Of a stretch of 64,000 nt of DNA, positions 1 through 12,496 are shown piece after piece. The first letter of the stretch is position 1. Every line of letters starts with the position of its first letter. Where the stretch lies: positions 50,840,001-50,904,000 of the forward strand of contig CM126219.1 of NCBI GenBank assembly GCA_052327205.1. The letters run 5' to 3'. Position numbers and translations under genes: made by a program. The DNA is from Somniosus microcephalus (taxonomy: Eukaryota). A model generated the notes under the pieces. The model did not search any database, had not been told where the DNA came from, and worked only from the letters and a program-made list of their open reading frames with translations.

Positions 1-3000
1 GCCTTTGGTGGCCCACCAAGTGGAGAAAGCTGCCATTCCAAATTGTTGTTCAGACCCAACTCACTGTTCACTAAGGGATGTTGCAGAGGCCTTTTTTTAA
101 AGTCATGTCTGGTTGAAAGGCTTTGTTTTGGTTTAAAAATCAGATATTGTGTTGAGAGAGAAGTCTCAAAAGGATAGAAGTCCTTATCTACCAAGTTCCC
201 AGAGGAAGTCATAAAAGTCTTGTAGGGGCCTATAATGCACTTTCAGAAATATCTGTCTGGATGCATAAACAATGAACAAAGATAACAAACCGTAGTGATA
301 TGGGTGCCTACTGGGGACATAGCAACCTTTTAGAGACTGGAAAGTTCATATTCCTCATAGGCTTCCACCTTGCGTTCATGGCAATCCAATCAGCTTGGTT
401 TCCATGGTGGAGATATTTCTCAAACTGCATGCTACTCCCTTATAGGCACCTATAACACAGTCCACATCTGTTCAATTCAAATAGAACTTCACTCATCCCA
501 ATCAGGAGTGCATTGACCATGACTTTACAGCAATTATATGCAGTCGAATGATTTTTGTTCTAAAGCAAAACAGAAGTTGCCTACCTAGAAAAGCTTGTTT
601 TATTTCCATGGAATCCAGAGAGCTATTCTGAAAACCAATTTCACTACAATAGGAGCTTCATACACCTAAAATTAAAAAAAATAAGATTTTGTACTTATAT
701 TCAAGTCAGATTCGAATGAGTTTGGTGGGGTAACATGGAATTTGGGAGGAGGATATTCAACATAATACGTTAAATCAAAGGCACAAGACTGGTATATACG
801 GTTTGAGGGAAAACTATTTGCATAATTTACATAGTGAAATCTCATAAATATTTATTATTCACATCACTTAGGTTGAGATGAAAAGTATAGAGTAACAGGA
901 TGCCAGCAAGGCACATAATCTCCCCCCGGCCTCCCCTCTACCTCCCTGATATGTGATGTTGCACTTTGCCAGTCTGCTGCTGCTGATCACTGTGTGCACT
1001 GTTAGGACAAGAATGATTGCTGAACGCAATGTAATGTTAACATTAACTTGAGAAGAATAAAATGCACTGATGTCTTTAAGATTACGAAATGACTGAAGAA
1101 GTTACCGTGCATTGCAATTTTGATAGTCAAAATTGATGGTCTGTTTGTACAGTAACAAATCTTACTAATGAAACTGCCTAGGACTGAATTTTTTGATGGA
1201 TTATTATAATATTACCTTTCGCTTTAAAAAGATTGCAATCATTAAAGTTTTACTGTACAGAGACACATTAATATTAATGTCCTTAAGCTTTTTTTTGCCA
1301 TTAGTCATGTTCGCTGGCTGCTTGATATTAAGCTGATGTTGAGTGAGGTGTACTTTATCCTGTTTTTACAAAATGAGAAAAGTGAACGTATCTGACACCC
1401 CTCACTGTGATACTCTGTTACGGAAGGAGAATCTTTCTTACAGCATGAGTGGTGTTGCTGTCCTCTAGCAACGAGTACAATTCACAATCCCTCTCCCGCA
1501 TCCTCTCTCACACCCCCGACTATGCCACTCCAATGTGCACTTGGGATTTGCATTTGAATTTATGTGCACTTGGGAGTTCGGATGAAAGGAGATGTTCTGA
1601 CAAATGAATTCTGTAAATATTTCAGCCAAAAATCCTGCCGAACAAATGAGTGAATGAAAGCACGAACCCGGGTGAATATTTGATTCGCAAGTCAGAAAGC
1701 TGAAATACCTCATTTACTGGTACGCAAGCTCTGCTGCCCACACCTTCTCCTGCAGTGAGAAACTGGCAGATTCCTTCAGGCAATCACATTGTTCCAGGCA
1801 AATAGACCAGGTTGGCCAAGTAACTAAGTACGTACTGAAGCCACTAATATTGAGGGGGAATGTATGTGCCTTTGCATACATTTCTAAAGAAGCCGATGGG
1901 GCAAATTCACTGGCTTTGAAAGTTTGGGCATATCTGTTAAGTCCTATAAAGTCTTGAGTAACAGCAATTTTGATGGGATGGGAATCAACTTCAATTTAAT
2001 TTCTCCAGAAGGCTTTTGTACACAACAGCATTGAGTAGCACCGGGACACTTTCATGTCAATTTCTGCAAAAGTATATTTCAAATAAGTGAATATAATTTC
2101 ATAGAAAATAGGTCATTACGCAGGAAGAATTTTCTTGTAACTGCATGAATTTGGTTGAGATATTTTCTTGTCACTTGTAGATATTTATAAAACTAAAATA
2201 ATGAGTTAGTAAGTGCCACCGAGACATGTAATTGTCCTTACCTTGTTAGATGTTGAAGAATGGAATTTAATGCTGCTGGTTTGTGGGTGTTTTCTTTGTT
2301 GGGTGCAGTTTTGACATCCGCTGCCTTGCTGACGGTGTTAGAGCCAAAACTCTTGGCTGACAGTTTATTGTACCTAAGTGTCATTTCTTAAAGCTACTGA
2401 GTTGTCAAGTAAAGACAACATTGTGATTTGGATTGAGTTCAAAATTGAACAGTGGAGAACTGAAGGCATAAAAATGGTTCCTAGACCCAACTGATCACAT
2501 GCTTTAAATTTGGAGAGTCATGTGGTACTAAATTGAGACTCTTGATTGCCTGTTCCTAGGAGACTGTTAATATAGGCTCACCTGTTGGTCATTGCTCATA
2601 GCTATAGTTTGCCATCTACATATGATCATGAATTAATGACTGTTAGAAGAGATAACCTGTAGTGGATTTTGTAGCTTTTTAAAGTACCCAGTCAAGAGCT
2701 AGCATGGTTTTCTAGTCCTGTTACAGTGACAGCGCTACTGTTGGACTGGACACGTTTTTTTTTATTGGTTGTTTCAATAAGAAAATCAGTTTTAAGAATA
2801 CTAGGCAATAGTTCTTGTTACAGACCAGGAGAACATTGGCTATCAGTTTTGAATTGTGTTCTTTTTATTTGGCACACAAGAATATAGATTCATTTTGTAA
2901 CTTAATTTTTGTTATCTGTAACATGAAGCCCATAGGCACCGACAGTAAGAGATAATGTCCTACCATTTGAAAGCCCACTGCTATGAGGTTATTTTACTCT

Positions 3001-5581
3001 TCTGGCTCGGCTTGGAGTCTATATTAATACCCTGATTATACAGAAGCACTGTGTGTGTAGGTGGATACTGTATGCTGCACAAAAGACACATTTGTGCCAT
3101 TACTGTAGTGTGAAGTGGTTCTGTAAACTCTGATGAGTAGCAGCCTTCTGGAACAGCACAATGAACTGCCTTGGTATCCAGGGGAATGGAATATAAATTA
3201 CTGACTCCCTGCATTCCAACCTGGGAAACTCGATTACAGTTCAGCTGTTGCCAACAGATTTTTTTTTTTAATCAATACATCATCACTGACTGGTAAAGAC
3301 AAAACACAAACAAGTGGCTGTGAGACCAATTCTACTAACGTGTACCTGTCTAGCAGTCACTCTTGCCGGCTAAAATGGATCTCCGTTAGATATAAAAGCT
3401 TCACATCCTCATTGGGATTTAACTGTAATCTTCAGATGAAATAATGGTGTGCGCTGAACTCACGCGGCTGAGGGAAATCTCTTACAGATTTATGGACACG
3501 GGACTTTTTAATTTTTAACTTTACTTAGAATGGCACTCTTTTTGCTGTTGAACATTTATCTGGTGTTACACTCGGATGAGATTGAAGGCAGCAGAGCAGC
3601 GTGTAATCGGATAAAAAATAAAGAGATAGAAAATAATGTTAAACTAAGACCAACATATATTTCAATTAACATTGAATAAATTAGTAATATATAATTTAGA
3701 TACTCATATAATTGACTAGTATATCAGCAAAACACATACTATACTTGTAAAAAGGCAAACTTATCATGTAACTGCCACTAAATGCTTAAACCATAGAGAC
3801 ACAACCATTGGTTCCTTCAGCTTTCACTACATTTGCCATTACAGGCCCTGTGTCACTTTCAGTTAGCAACCTTGATTCTAAAATAATTTAAAATTCAGTT
3901 GAATTGTCTTTGCCTTGCCAAAAGATTTCATATATGTTTCTCACAAGGTACAACAGTATTTTGTAGAAAAATAGATTTGGGGCTTTTTCTGAGACAGTTA
4001 TGCTTAAAAATATTTCTGGATGTAGAAATTCCTTCTGTAGCGAAGCCCTCTCTAATATCACATGCACCTCTTCATTGGTTACATTTTATTTGATACTCCC
4101 CTTAACATTTTCCTCACTCGAGTGACAATTCCTTCCCTGGCTAAATTACTTCTTTATAAATCTGAAAATAATGTAGTTTTCAGAGGACATTGCTGTTTCG
4201 TTATTGTTCCCAACTCTTTGCTATCAAAGAAATTATTGTCTCCTTAAAGTGTTCGACTTGGCTTCCCTCCTGTCGTTTCTCTTATTTGGGTCACACATGT
4301 AGATGTGTCTGAAAATAGCTTGGCCTCCTGGGGAACCACCAAGGACTCCTAGACCTTCTGTAAGAAAACAGACTTCAGCATTATTTTCCACATGTAAATG
4401 AGCATTGGCAACTTGACAAGCCAAATATATTAAATTAGATCTTTGGATGCCTTCCACTTAATGAATTGAAGCCTCCTGAAAATTGAATTGAAAACGTGTG
4501 ATGCATTGGACTGTACTGTGAGGTAGCTTGCTCATAAAAGTGTCAGAATGAACAGCCTCTGTCTAACCTGCAATAACTTACTCCAGGTGAGTGTCCTACC
4601 AAATGGAATCAAATGACCTGAAGCCCATTCTTGTGTTTCCACCTCCAGCATTCACACTATTAAACTAAAAAAAATGTAATGAAACTTAAAGACCTGTGTA
4701 AGCCAGTGAGAGTTGTTAAAATCAGAAAGGTTTTAACTGTGAAGAAGGGAAGTGGCTTCGGTCAGTGTCAGACAAATTACATTCCAGGAAATCAGATTTG
4801 ACACACAGTCAAGGCAATAATAAATAAATTTAAGTTACGCATTGAGTTCTGCCAGTGTAAAGTTGATCTCTGAACAGCTATCATAGAGCAGAAAAGCTAT
4901 TTCTTAATATTTTGAAAACAGTAATCAGTTGCTAGATACAGCAATCTAAAACCACTTGTCCTACATGTACAAATATGTATGTTACGCTGCCTGTCTGTGC
5001 AATATACAGTATATGTGTGAGTCATTGTGTCATAAATAAGCGTACTATGTTTTTTTTAAACCATCTGCTTGTTCTGTCTGGAGAATGCAGCTGTACTGTC
5101 CTTCATTTTGATGAAATTTTGTACATTTTGTTTCTACTTTGTGTGAAAAAGTTTGTTGTGTAGTTTGAAATTACATAAGGGAATGTAAAGCAGAGTCCAT
5201 TAAAAATGTCTCATATCTCACTGTCCAAGTGTTGCCTGTTTGCTGACCTCGAAGCTTTGAAAGATGGAAAGCTACTTATAGACGGTGTGAAATCCGTCCC
5301 ACAGTTTAGCATTTGATGCCCCCTCTCCAATTTCCTCCCTTCCTATCCTGGCGGTGCTGACTGATACTGTAGGTAAAATTCAATGGACATTTTCTAATAC
5401 CTCACCCAACAGGCCATTTTTCACTCGGGATCTGAGATGGTTAATGTTGCAAGCTATTTAATTTTGGTGCAGTGGCGAGGGCATCACAGCTGAGCTTTCT
5501 CTGTCTTCATCCAAGGTGTGCACTCACACACACACATGTATGTACACTCACCTGCATACATGTACACACATACTTACACAA

Positions 5582-5685
5582 ATCAAAGGATATGGAGATC
5601 GGGCAGAAAAGTGGAGTTGAGGTCGATGACCAGCCATGATCTTATTGAATGGCGGAGCAGGCTCCTGCCCCTATTTCTTATGTTC
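5582..5685 (+). repeat. CR1-type LINE 3' tail fragment
   Basis: ggatatggag...cagccatgatcttattgaatggcggagcaggctc...cctatttcttatgttc resembles the reverse complement of the CR1 3' ends at 15689 and 31093. Confidence 0.65.
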
Positions 5686-7494
5686 ACACACATGTACATA
5701 CACACATGTCCCAAGCACGTGCACACACCTTTTCTGGTAGAAGTCACTGGATAGTGACCAGGAGTAGAATTTTGGATGACTTTTCCACTCCCTAGACCAG
5801 TTGCAACATTACTTCCACTAAGATAGGTTAATATCTGAGATCAGGTAGCTCAGCACGTTCAAGGGATCGAAAATAGGATCATCCTAGTCTGAATGACTCC
5901 GTTCCACAGTGAGTAGTGTTCTGACCAAATGAAGCCATCAGGGTCCACCACATTTTGGAGTTTCTTAAGCCTCACATATTGGATCAGCGAATGGCTTTAG
6001 GACTTCTCAGGTTAACAAATTTTACAAACATTGCACTCAGTTAAAAAGTGTCCACAGATGCAATTCAGCAAAATGGCCCCAATTCTTGTGTCAGCTGTGG
6101 GATTGAACTTTAGTTCTTGATGTACGACCACCTTTAGAAATCTGCTTTACAAAACACTTCTGGGGAAAAAAAAGTTTCGAACAGGTAGGCTGACCACTTG
6201 AAAAGGATACAGTTACACCCTCACAAAGATAACCACTATATTTTTTACATTCTCAGTGAATACGTGGTATTACAGTTTGAGTGTAACCTTGCTTAAGCTG
6301 CTATTTTTCCAATCCTGCAGTTACAATTTTGTGAAGAGAGGACATTTTAGTGAGTTTTCTTTTGCTACATCAAGTTTTTGACCAAAGCTTTGGTCGACAG
6401 GCAGTAAATCATTAGATTCCTCAGGTCACTTTTTAACAGGGCTTTTTTACTCAAATGCTACAAAGAAATTTAATTCATGGAGCGAATCTGTTATGAAATT
6501 AATAAAGTTCTAGAGGATTGGAGAATACGGCTCCGAGGAATGATTGCATAAATTAATTAATATCCCAAGCTATCTAAAAGGCAAAATAAACAAGAAGCTG
6601 AAAGACCCCCTTACAGCTAAAATACTGTATACTGCTGCGTTATGTACAGTACAACACTGACTGGCGATCTCCATTGATGAAACAAAACAAACCCGCAACA
6701 TCCAGTGGTGCACAGCTGAGGCTTACTTGGCTCCCACGTTGCTACAACCCATCAAGGACATCAGATTATAATTGATTTCAAACCACTGAACAAGCATCCC
6801 AATGCATGAAACCTTTCTGAAAGGAAGCTAACGGAGAACTTTGTGTCTTAAGGAGCAAGACACAAGGGACAAGCGCAAGCTAACAAGGTGATCGAAGTTA
6901 CACAGTAAGGGCATGACAGCAACAGACACATATAAATATTTTCAGCACAAATCCTCCAAGTGGAAAGGTTTTGCTAAGTGAGAACAACAACAGAGCACTG
7001 TTGCAAACATCATTCCGTGCTAAAAATATGACTGACATGGAGACAAGCTCTTACACTACCACATCAGCAAACGCTATACATCCACAGAATTCATTCTATC
7101 ACAAGGTACTTCCAGGGTCAGGGGACAATACGAATCCCGAAATTACTGATTCCGAAACAGCGAGAACACAGTCATCAGAATAAACCCTGGTTTGACTCCA
7201 GAAATTTATCCAAATTGAGAACGATGAATTCAAAGCATCAGAACAGCCCATTTTCTCTCAACTTGGCTGATTAAATAAATGTCATCAATTAACAGTTAGA
7301 ACTCTCAGTCTTATGGTCGACATATACTCATTGAATAGATAGTAATCGTATACTCAGTATGGAGAATAATAAAGTGCACACATCATGCTAATTAAACTGT
7401 AGATCAATACCACACTCCTAGATCAACCATATACATTTATATTTTGGCCTCCTTGAGGGCTCAAGCTGGTTAAGCCAGTATGTAGTTGAGCTAT

Positions 7495-8030
7495 ACAACA
7501 ACTTGCATTTATATAGAGCCTTTAGCATGGAAAAACGTTCCACGGCGCTTCACAGAATAAAAATAGACACCAAGCCAAAGGAGAGATGAGGAGGGGTGAC
7601 CAAAAGCTTGGTCAAAGAGGTGGGGTTTCATAGAATCATACAGCACCTTCAGCCCTTCGTGCCTGTGCGAGCACTTTGAAGGAGCTATCCGACTAGTCCC
7701 ACTCCCCTTTAAGGAGGGTCAAAGGAGGAGAGGGAGTTGGAGAAGTGGAAGGGTTTCGGGAATTAATTCGAGAGAGTGGGACTTAGGCAGTTGCAAGAAC
7801 AGCCACCAGTGGCGGGCAGCAGGGTTTGGTGTGGGGTAGGATATGGACAGCAGAGTTTGGGATGAACTGAAGTTGACGAAAGGTGGAGGATAGGAGGTCA
7901 GCCAAGAGAGAGTTGAAGTAGTCAAACTTGGAGGTGACAAAGGCTTCAATGGCAGATGAGCCGAAGTAGGTTTGGTGACCGGCAACATTATAGAGGTAGG
8001 AGATGGTTCTGTATACCAGCATGGAGTCAG
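7495..8030 (-). mobile_element. L2 LINE 3' fragment (degraded), with a short CR1-tail insert at ~7628-7707
   Basis: The minus-strand translation AIEAFVTSKFDYFNSLLADL resembles the L2 RT C-terminal motif (IHAFVTSRLDYCNSLL). The plus strand carries the L2-type tail acaacaacttgcatttatatag. Confidence 0.65.
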
Positions 8031-9358
8031 TGGAGAATAGGAAGAAGAAAATTGGCAGAAAAAGGCAATAAATATCTTATACATACTTAACAATTTATGC
8101 ATAAATATGTAAAGTTAACTATTTTTTAACTATCATACACTTTTTCCATATCAAGATTATTTTTTCACCATTACAATGGAAATCCAGCCCCCTCACAACC
8201 TTCCCTCACTTTTTCTTTACCTTTGAGCATTTTGGCTTCCGTTGCTACCTCTGTAACACTTGCTTCCTTCATTCCAGCCTTCGTTCTGGTTTCTCTCCTG
8301 TTGCTCTAGACCGGTCAGAGTGTGCAGATCTAACCACAGAGCCAAACCACGCACATCTTAACCTTCCTTCAAATCACATTAAAACAGTCAGATTTTGAAT
8401 TTATGCTGCAAATCTATTACATAACGTAGAAAAACAAGAGACTGTAAGGCAGTCACTGCATATTAGTTTCTGCCGGTCAGGAGCCACAAATTTACAAGCA
8501 CCTGACAAACAGCAAGTTCACTCAGGAATTAAACCCTGGCTCACTTCAGGACCACCTATTTATAATGGCAAGGGATTTGCTGGAGTAGGGCATCTTGCCT
8601 TGAATTGGATTTTTTTCTTCAGCCTTCAGGTCATATTATTTTTGCACCACAAGTTGCTCGACATGCAAATTGATAACATTGCGACGAGGTCAACGGGGCA
8701 GCTGGGACCTCTTGAACATCGGGTATAACCAATGGCATTTAAGGATAGAGAAAGAAATGGAGCGAAGGACACAGGGCGAATTAGAATCAAATTAGATACA
8801 GAAAGGGAAATAACGAGGGGGAAAGATTGGATTAAGAGAGAAAGAAAAATAGAAAGGAAAAATAAGAATTTTTTTTTAACATTTACAATTAAAATTTTTT
8901 AAAGCTTCTAGGAATAATTTACTACACGCACAAGTGAAACTTCACAGTTTCATTGTTTCCATTCTGTGCCTCCAAGGTTGAGTGGTATGTTAGGACCATA
9001 AATCTTGTCATTAGCAGGGTCCTTACAACATCAATTACCAGCCCTAAATGGCTGTGGTGAGATTCGGTCATAGTAACGGCGCAAATCCGGCAATTTCATG
9101 ACACTCTGGGAGGGGAGTGGTACACATGGTGAGATGGTATTTTTTTTGGTTTTGGCGAGGCTAACGGCGGAGCGGCACAAATCGTTCAGCAATTTGTGGT
9201 GAATCGGAACTAACGGCATACCTCATCCTCACCACAAAGTGCTGGGGTTTTTGCCCACTAATACTGGCGGGTGCTGTAAACTCGCCATTATATTTTCAGC
9301 AACTTCTGGGGCATGAAGACTTGGGGACCACTCGATATATTTTCTGGGAGGAGGCCTA

Positions 9359-10005
9359 TGGGGTGGAATTTAACTCGCAGCAGGTTTCCAGTGGGAAACT
9401 GCTCCATATCCCGCCCACCAGAGGCGACAGGGGACAACGGCGATGCCTCAATTAAATGACGCCAACCCACTTACTGCCCGTTCCGGGTGGGAAGAGGATG
9501 CGGAGTGGCTGCAGGAAGCTGATGATCAGGCGGGCTCTTGGCCACCTGCTGGCTTCCAGGTGAGCGGTGGGGAGGGGGTTTCGATAAGGTCTTGCAGGTG
9601 GGAAGGTGGTGGAGTCCAGGGTAGGGGAGGCCACGACTTTCCATGTGGGTTACAGAGGAGCACCCACTGCTTCTTCTGGCCCCACCAAGGACATTTTGTT
9701 GAGGTACCTGGGTGGCCTTTTCATCCTTCCCACCAGCTGACGACCTGCTTCAGCCTGGTGGGTAAACCAGGACTGCCTCCTCGCTCAGACCCCGGTTAAA
9801 ATACAATCGGGCTCCTTTTGATAAAATAGGGTGCGATTTGCCTAAATTCGCCTGCTTTAGACAGGCGCCTCATCCATCTGCAGAGTCCTGCAAGTTAATA
9901 TCGGAGACTGCGGGAAAGGGTCGAGTTCCAAGCGGGTAAGCAACCTATTCATTTTTGACCGATCATGAGCCCTGTTTCCACCAGGAGAGGAGAGGTAAAA
10001 TCATC
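9359..10005. mobile_element. Degenerate Harbinger-type MITE
   Basis: GC-rich block starting GGGGTGGAATTTAACTC and ending near GAGGTAAAATCA. This resembles the GGGC...ATTTT termini of other MITEs in the window. The TIRs are imperfect. Confidence 0.35.
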
Positions 10006-11697
10006 AAACCACCATTTCCAAGACTGTCACTGACCTCATATCTCCTCTGGAGATCTTCCCCCCCCCCACCCCCCCCCGCCACCACCAACCTCATAGTTCC
10101 CCAACCCCGCACAGCCCGCTTCTACCTCATTCCCAAGATCTACAAACAGGACTGCCCTGGTAGACCCATCGTTTCAGCCTGTTCTTGCCCCACGGAACTT
10201 ATCTCTTCCTATCTTGACTCTATCTTTTCTCCCCTTGTCCAGTCTCTTCCCACCAACGTCCGCAACTCTTTGGACGCCCTCCGCCACTTTAACAGTTTCC
10301 AGTTTCCTGGACCCAACCGCCTCCTTTTCACCATGGACGTACAATCCCTCTACACCTCCATCCCCCACCAGGATGGCCTGAGGGAGCTCCGCTTCTTCCT
10401 TGAACAGAGGCCCGACCAGTCCCCATCCACCACCACCCTCCTCCACCTGGCTGAACTTGTTCTCACATTGAACAACTTCTCCTTTAACTCCACTCATGTC
10501 CTCCAAATCAAAGGTGTTGCCATGGGTACCCGCATGGGTCCTAGCTATGCCTGCCTTTTTGTGGGCTATGTGGAACAATCTTTGTTCCAGTCCTACTCAG
10601 GTCCCCTCCCTCACCTCTTTTTCCGATACATTGATGACTGTATCGGTGCCGTTTCCTGCTCTCGCCCCGAACTTGACAATTTCATTCACTTTGCCTCCAA
10701 TTTCCACCCTTCCCTCACCTTCACATGGTCCATCTCTGACTCTTCCCTTCCCTTCCTCGACTTCTCCATCTCCATCTCTGGGGATAGGTTATCAACCAAT
10801 ATTCACTACAAGCCCACTGACTCCCACAGCTACCTGGACTACACTTCCTCCCACCCCGCTTCCTGTAAGGACTCTATTCCATTCTCCCAGTTTCTCCGTC
10901 TCCGCCGTATCTGCTCCGATGATGCCACCTTCCACACCAGTGCTTCAGACATGTCTTCATTTTTCCGCAAGCGAGGATTCCCCTCTACCGTGGTTGACAC
11001 TGCCCCCGACTGTGTCAGTTCTATCTCCCACACTTCTGCCCTCACCCCTGCCCCTCCCTCCCGGAACCACGATAGGGTTCCCCTTGTCCTCACCTTTCAC
11101 CCCACCAGCCTCCACATTCAACGGATCATCCTCCGGCATTTCCGCTACCTCCAAAGTGACCCCACCACCAAATGTATCTTCCCCTCCCCTCCCCTTTCAG
11201 CATTCCGTAGGGACTGCTCCCTCCAAGACACCCTAGTCCACTCCTCTATCACCCCAAACAGCCCTTCCCCTTCGCCTGGCACCTTCCCGTGCAAGCGGAG
11301 GAGATGTAACACCTGCCCCTATACCTCCCCCCTTCCCACTGTCCAGGGCCCCAAACACCCCTTCCAGGTGAAACAGCGATTTACTTGTACTTCTCGCAAT
11401 CTAGTATACTGTATTCGCTGCTCACGATGCGGTCTCCTCTACACTGGGGAGACCAAACGCAGATTGGGTGACTGCTTTGCGGAACACCTCCGTTCAGTCC
11501 ATAAGGGTGACCCCGAGCTTCTGGTCGCCTGTCATTTTAATTCACCGCTCCATTCCCACTCGGACCTCACCGCCCTTGGCCTCTTGTATTGTTCCACGGA
11601 AGCTCAACGTAAACTCGAGGAACAGCACCTCATCTTCCGATTGGGCACGCTACAGCCCCCTGGACTCAACATAGAGTTCAACAATTTCAGATCATAA
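9955..11697 (+). CDS. PLE reverse transcriptase + GIY-YIG endonuclease (580-aa open frame; the N-terminal ~40 aa before the poly-C tract are probably not genuine)
   Basis: Motifs FYLIPKIYK..GRPIV, MDVQSLY, QIKGVAMG, RYIDD, Cys linker CKRRRCNTC and LVYCIRCSRCGLLYTGET (GIY-YIG). Confidence 0.9.
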   Translation: MTDHEPCFHQERRGKIIKPPFPRLSLTSYLLWRSSPPPPPPATTNLIVPQPRTARFYLIPKIYKQDCPGRPIVSACSCPTELISSYLDSIFSPLVQSLPTNVRNSLDALRHFNSFQFPGPNRLLFTMDVQSLYTSIPHQDGLRELRFFLEQRPDQSPSTTTLLHLAELVLTLNNFSFNSTHVLQIKGVAMGTRMGPSYACLFVGYVEQSLFQSYSGPLPHLFFRYIDDCIGAVSCSRPELDNFIHFASNFHPSLTFTWSISDSSLPFLDFSISISGDRLSTNIHYKPTDSHSYLDYTSSHPASCKDSIPFSQFLRLRRICSDDATFHTSASDMSSFFRKRGFPSTVVDTAPDCVSSISHTSALTPAPPSRNHDRVPLVLTFHPTSLHIQRIILRHFRYLQSDPTTKCIFPSPPLSAFRRDCSLQDTLVHSSITPNSPSPSPGTFPCKRRRCNTCPYTSPLPTVQGPKHPFQVKQRFTCTSRNLVYCIRCSRCGLLYTGETKRRLGDCFAEHLRSVHKGDPELLVACHFNSPLHSHSDLTALGLLYCSTEAQRKLEEQHLIFRLGTLQPPGLNIEFNNFRS

Positions 11698-12045
11698 CCT
11701 CGGCCCCTATTACATTTTTGCTTGTAATTTTTCCACTCCTTTTCCCCCCCCCACCCCTTTCCTTTTGTTTCTCTCTCACACCTGGCAGCTATCTCTTGCC
11801 CTGCCAGTACACTTTACACCTAATCTCAGCCTATTACCATCTCGTCTAGCATCTAATACCTTTTATTGTCTCTTTTACTTCTTTTGTTTCTTTCACTTCT
11901 TTTGTCCGATCGCAGCACTGCCTTCGATCTATTTTCTTTTCTTTCCAGTTTTGAAGAAGGGTTCGACCCGAAACATCAACTCAAATTTCTCTCCACGGAT
12001 GTTGCCTGACCTGCTGAGTTTTTCCAGCATTTTCTGTTGTTATTA
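10010..12045 (+). mobile_element. Penelope-like element (probably Neptune-type), 5'-truncated
   Basis: RT + GIY-YIG ORF followed by a pyrimidine-rich 3' UTR, a hammerhead motif and the typical terminus cctgacctgctgagtttttccagcattttctg. Confidence 0.9.
11947..11981 (+). ncRNA. Minimal type-I hammerhead ribozyme motif in the PLE 3' end (variant core)
   Basis: agtt-TTGAAGA-a-gggt-tcg-accc-GAAA-ca-tc-aact. Stem I and stem II pair, but the core has U in place of C3. Confidence 0.55.
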
Positions 12046-12496
12046 GCTGGAGCACCATCCCTTACTCTAACAAGTACATGATGTAATAAAACTTGGTTTG
12101 AGCATAAAGCAAGGCTGTAATCAACTTATTTCAGAATGTATCCACTAGCTCCCTTGTCTTTACAAAATGTACCTGGCAAGCTGGGGCCAACGCCCGAGTA
12201 TTTATACTCCTTGGACGGTGCCACCAGCTGGCCATCCAGTGTTATTTCATAGGTAGTTTCTCGATGATGAGATTTATGACAGTACACTTTATTATTCTAC
12301 CCACTGCTGGAAGACTTTCCAATGAGAAATCAATCATTCTTTCAGTCATAACTCTGTCTTTGCAGCTTTTTGCTTCTAATTGTCACATTTCTGAAACTAT
12401 TCATGAGCTCCCAACTGAACTGTTGTAACCTGATGCCATTCTGTCACTGCTGCTTCCATTCTCCTGGTCGCAATTGGAAAATCCATTAAAGTCAAA

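Noticed and set aside
6600-7200. Coding-like A-rich stretch (ORF 6971-7183)
   Set aside because: No recognisable domain or convincing splice structure. It may be a very old LINE remnant.
8567-9250. Possible degenerate MITE
   Set aside because: The terminal inverted similarity is too weak to define ends or a TSD.
10496-11236. 246-aa Pro/Ser/Thr-rich ORF and antisense ORFs over the PLE
   Set aside because: These are alternative frames of the C-rich PLE coding sequence, which is depleted of stop codons.
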